Source of the DNA: Lysobacterales bacterium | Lineage (GTDB): Bacteria > Pseudomonadota > Gammaproteobacteria > Xanthomonadales > Rhodanobacteraceae | Direction: 5' to 3' | Length of the DNA stretch: 64,000 bases | Assembly (NCBI GenBank): GCA_038242205.1 | Contig: JBBSSI010000013.1 | Coordinates: 333 to 64,332 of the forward strand | Part shown: piece after piece, positions 61,065 to 64,000 of the stretch | Position numbering within the stretch: the stretch's first letter is position 1 | Layout: every line of letters begins with the position of its first letter | Made by a program: the position numbers and the translations under genes | Notes under the pieces: generated by a model | What the model saw: only the letters and a program-made list of their open reading frames with translations | Database searches by the model: none | What the model was told of the DNA's origin: nothing

Positions 61065-61623
61065 CGAGCAACTCCAGGTGTTTGTCATTGAGATTGGCAC
61101 GCATGCCGACGCCGCTGATTCTAGTGCCGCCTTGCGTCATCAGCGCCGGTGCCGCGGTTGCAATGCGTTTGTCCTGCGGCCAGGCGGTGACATCGGCAGT
61201 ATGAATCTCGGCCAGCGGCGCCTCCGCGTACGCTGCACGGTGCAGGTACACCGGACCCTGCAATTTCAACAGCGTGGCGCCCTTGTTGATCCAGCCATAC
61301 AAAGCTTCGCCTTGCCAGTCCGGGATACCGGGATGGTTGGCCGGCATCTGGAACGTGGGCGCATTTACATACAGGGAATCGTCGCCATCACGACGTTCCA
61401 GATGCGGCGTCTGCAGGTGGAAGCCTGGTTGCCCAGCAGCGTTGAATTCGGTGACCCGCGCGTTGTGCAGGGTGTAGGCAGACCGTGGCGGTCCGATGAA
61501 ATCGTTGGCCTTGGGCGCCGGACCGAGCCACCACAGCAAGCCTTGCACCGCCACCACGGCCAGTGCGAGCGCAACGATCGCCAGCAGCAGGCGACGGTTT
61601 TCCATCCACCCGCGCGTGTTCAC
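61021..61623 (-). CDS. lptC: LPS export protein LptC
   Basis: N-terminal TM, beta-jellyroll pattern, located between kdsC and lptA. Confidence 0.88.
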   Translation of the reverse strand: MNTRGWMENRRLLLAIVALALAVVAVQGLLWWLGPAPKANDFIGPPRSAYTLHNARVTEFNAAGQPGFHLQTPHLERRDGDDSLYVNAPTFQMPANHPGIPDWQGEALYGWINKGATLLKLQGPVYLHRAAYAEAPLAEIHTADVTAWPQDKRIATAAPALMTQGGTRISGVGMRANLNDKHLELLDDVHATFPPRQRKH

Positions 61624-62168
61624 TGCCAATGATCCAGCTCGGCCGCCACTTTGCCTTGCGCCTGCAACAGCAGGTCGCACACTTCGCGCGCAGCACCGTC
61701 ACCGCCGTTCTTCGCGGTTTGCCAGTGCGCTTGCGCGGCGACCCACGGATGCGCGTTGGCAACCGCGATGGCCAGGCCAGCGACATGCATGGGCGGCAAA
61801 TCCGGAAGATCGTCGCCTACATAGCATGCTTGCTGCGGCTCCAGATGCAATGTATCGAGCAGCGCCAGCAGGCAGCCACGTTTGTCATTTTGTGCCTGGA
61901 ACACGTGGCTGATATCCAGTTCGCGGGCGCGGACAACTACGGCGTCGCTGCGCCGCGCGGTGATGATCGCCACCTGCACGCCGTGTACCTGCAAGCGCTT
62001 CAAGCCGAGGCCATCGTGCACGTGAAATTGCCTCGCTTCGTGGCCACCAGCGCCGTACTCCAGGCGCCCGTCTGTCAGCGTACCGTCAACGTCGAACACG
62101 GCCACGCGGATGCGTGCCGCGCGGGCGAGCACGGCAGCGGGCAGATCGGCAAGGTAGCGCGTGGTCAA
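61620..62168 (-). CDS. kdsC: KDO 8-phosphate phosphatase
   Basis: FDVDGTLTDG, GDDLPD, GGDGAAREVCD. Confidence 0.93.
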   Translation of the reverse strand: MTTRYLADLPAAVLARAARIRVAVFDVDGTLTDGRLEYGAGGHEARQFHVHDGLGLKRLQVHGVQVAIITARRSDAVVVRARELDISHVFQAQNDKRGCLLALLDTLHLEPQQACYVGDDLPDLPPMHVAGLAIAVANAHPWVAAQAHWQTAKNGGDGAAREVCDLLLQAQGKVAAELDHWQ

Positions 62169-62277
62169 GGCGTGGCTTCAGGCGAGGTTGGGTGCCGGCG
62201 CGCAGTGCCTGCGAGCGGCGCCGGGCGGGCGGGCGAGGTTGGCAGCCAATCGGTGGTGGCGGTGCGCTGATTGCGCA

Positions 62278-63288
62278 TCACACCACGCGCGCGCGCAACA
62301 GGTCGTGAATGTTCAGCGCGCCGACCACGCGCTGCTCTTCGTCGACCACCAGTAAGGCGTGGATCTGATGCGTTTCCATCAGTTGCGCAGCTTCGGCGGC
62401 GAGTTTTTCCGCAGTGATGGTTTTCGGCCGGAGCGTCATCAGCTCGGCCACCGTTCCGTCGCGCAGATTGACCTCCCGATCGTCGAGCGCCCTGCGCAGG
62501 TCACCGTCGGTGAACACGCCCAGCAGGTGCTGCTCGGAGTCGACCACGGCAGTCATGCCCAGGCGTTTACGCGTCATTTCCATCAAGGCGTGGGTGAGGG
62601 TGGCGTCCGGTGCAACACACGGGATGTCGTCCCCGGTATGCATCACGTCGCTGATCAGCAGCAGCAGTCGGCGGCCCAGCGCACCGGCCGGGTGCGATCG
62701 CGCAAAATCGTCCGAGGTAAAGCCGCGTGCTTCCAGCAGGGCGATGGCCAAGGCGTCGCCGAGCACCAGCGCCACCGTGGTGCTGGTGGTTGGCGCCAGC
62801 CCAAGCGGGCATGCCTCGCAGGAAATCCTGCCGTCAAGGCAGACGTTTGCCAAACGCCCCAGTGAGGAATCCGCCTTGCCCGTGACCACGATCAGCGGGA
62901 TGCCCTGGCGCTTGATCACTGGCAGGATCACCAGCAGCTCGTCGGTTTCACCCGAGTAAGAGAGCGCCAGCACGACGTCCTGCGGCAGGATCATGCCCAG
63001 GTCGCCATGGCTGGCCTCACCTGGATGCACGAAAAATGCGGGCGTTCCGGTGGATGCCAGCGTGGCCGCGATCTTGCGCGCAATATGGCCAGATTTGCCC
63101 ATGCCGCTGACCACGACCCGCCCCTTGCACGCAAGGATGAGTCGGCAGGCCTCGACAAAATTTCCGTCAATGCGCGACTGCAGTGCCGCGATTGCCTCGG
63201 CCTCGATGGCGATCACGCCACGCGCACTGTTGGCGATGATGTCCGGGTTGAGTGCGCCGGAAATGGTGGCGACAGGGCGTGCGGTCAT
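62278..63288 (-). CDS. kdsD: Arabinose-5-phosphate isomerase
   Basis: GMGKSGH, HPGEASHGDLG, LAPTTST and a CBS pair. Confidence 0.94.
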   Translation of the reverse strand: MTARPVATISGALNPDIIANSARGVIAIEAEAIAALQSRIDGNFVEACRLILACKGRVVVSGMGKSGHIARKIAATLASTGTPAFFVHPGEASHGDLGMILPQDVVLALSYSGETDELLVILPVIKRQGIPLIVVTGKADSSLGRLANVCLDGRISCEACPLGLAPTTSTTVALVLGDALAIALLEARGFTSDDFARSHPAGALGRRLLLLISDVMHTGDDIPCVAPDATLTHALMEMTRKRLGMTAVVDSEQHLLGVFTDGDLRRALDDREVNLRDGTVAELMTLRPKTITAEKLAAEAAQLMETHQIHALLVVDEEQRVVGALNIHDLLRARVV

Positions 63289-63457
63289 GGGGTCTCGAAG
63301 AAGTGCGGCGCTGTCGGCGTCGGGCGGGCGATCCGGCATGGCATTTCCGCGTACCGACATTTCCCCTGCCAGCCGAATCCATTACCATGGTCAATTGTGC
63401 ATTTTAGCGTGAATGAAGGGTGGATTTGTTTTTCGCCCGGCGCGCGTGGAATCCCCG

Positions 63458-63697
63458 ATGGACTCGACCAGCATCCAGGCAATGATCGAACGTGGACTGC
63501 TCGATGCCCAGGTGGTAGTCAGCAGCGATGACGATGTGCATTTCGAGGCAACGGTTATCACGCCGCAGTTTGCCGGAAAGCTGCCGCTGGCACGCCACCG
63601 TCTGGTGTACGCGACCCTGGGAACATCGATGGGTACCGCCATTCACGCGCTGGCGCTGAAAACCCTCACGCCCGAGGAAGCTGCAGCGCGCCGCTGA
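63458..63697 (+). CDS. BolA/IbaG family protein
   Basis: HFEATVI..FAG..RHRLVY..IHAL, upstream of murA. Confidence 0.9.
   Translation: MDSTSIQAMIERGLLDAQVVVSSDDDVHFEATVITPQFAGKLPLARHRLVYATLGTSMGTAIHALALKTLTPEEAAARR

Positions 63698-64000
<303 letters not shown>

Overview
GC-rich window from a Xanthomonadales bacterium, probably Rhodanobacteraceae-like (inferred from gene order and protein style). It has four parts. (1) 1-7.5 kb: the tail of an integron-type gene-cassette array. These are co-oriented small orphan genes separated by attC-like sites that become more eroded to the right. An IS1182-family element abuts one attC, a deleted IS3 splits the next, and the distal cassettes are pseudogenised. 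No integrase is in the window. (2) 7.5-20.2 kb: core genes (two paralogous secreted proteins, relA, TPR-like protein, epimerase, mrcB with an LpoP-like lipoprotein, MAPEG, yoaA/dinG). (3) 20.2-50.8 kb: about 30 kb of accessory DNA between yoaA and tsaB. It includes a Tat flavo-oxidase/LytTR pair, a 99-bp IS5-like MITE and an extra signal peptidase. Its centre is a 16-gene cluster I cannot assign to a known pathway: HAD phosphatase, class III aminotransferase, NodF/NodE-like ACP and ketosynthase, GNAT, arginase-fold and DegT enzymes, an ArnE/F-like pair, an esterase, a MacAB-TolC-like exporter and a two-component system. A PAP2 phosphatase and an RND pump follow, and a shared RWAAG-N6-GAAAG box precedes several of these units. 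(4) 50.8-64 kb: tsaB, yeiH with a deleted LysR, the ptsI-HPr-EIIA-rapZ-hprK-hpf-rpoN-lptBAC-kdsC-kdsD block, bolA and the start of murA. All calls come from reading the sequence; no database searches were run.
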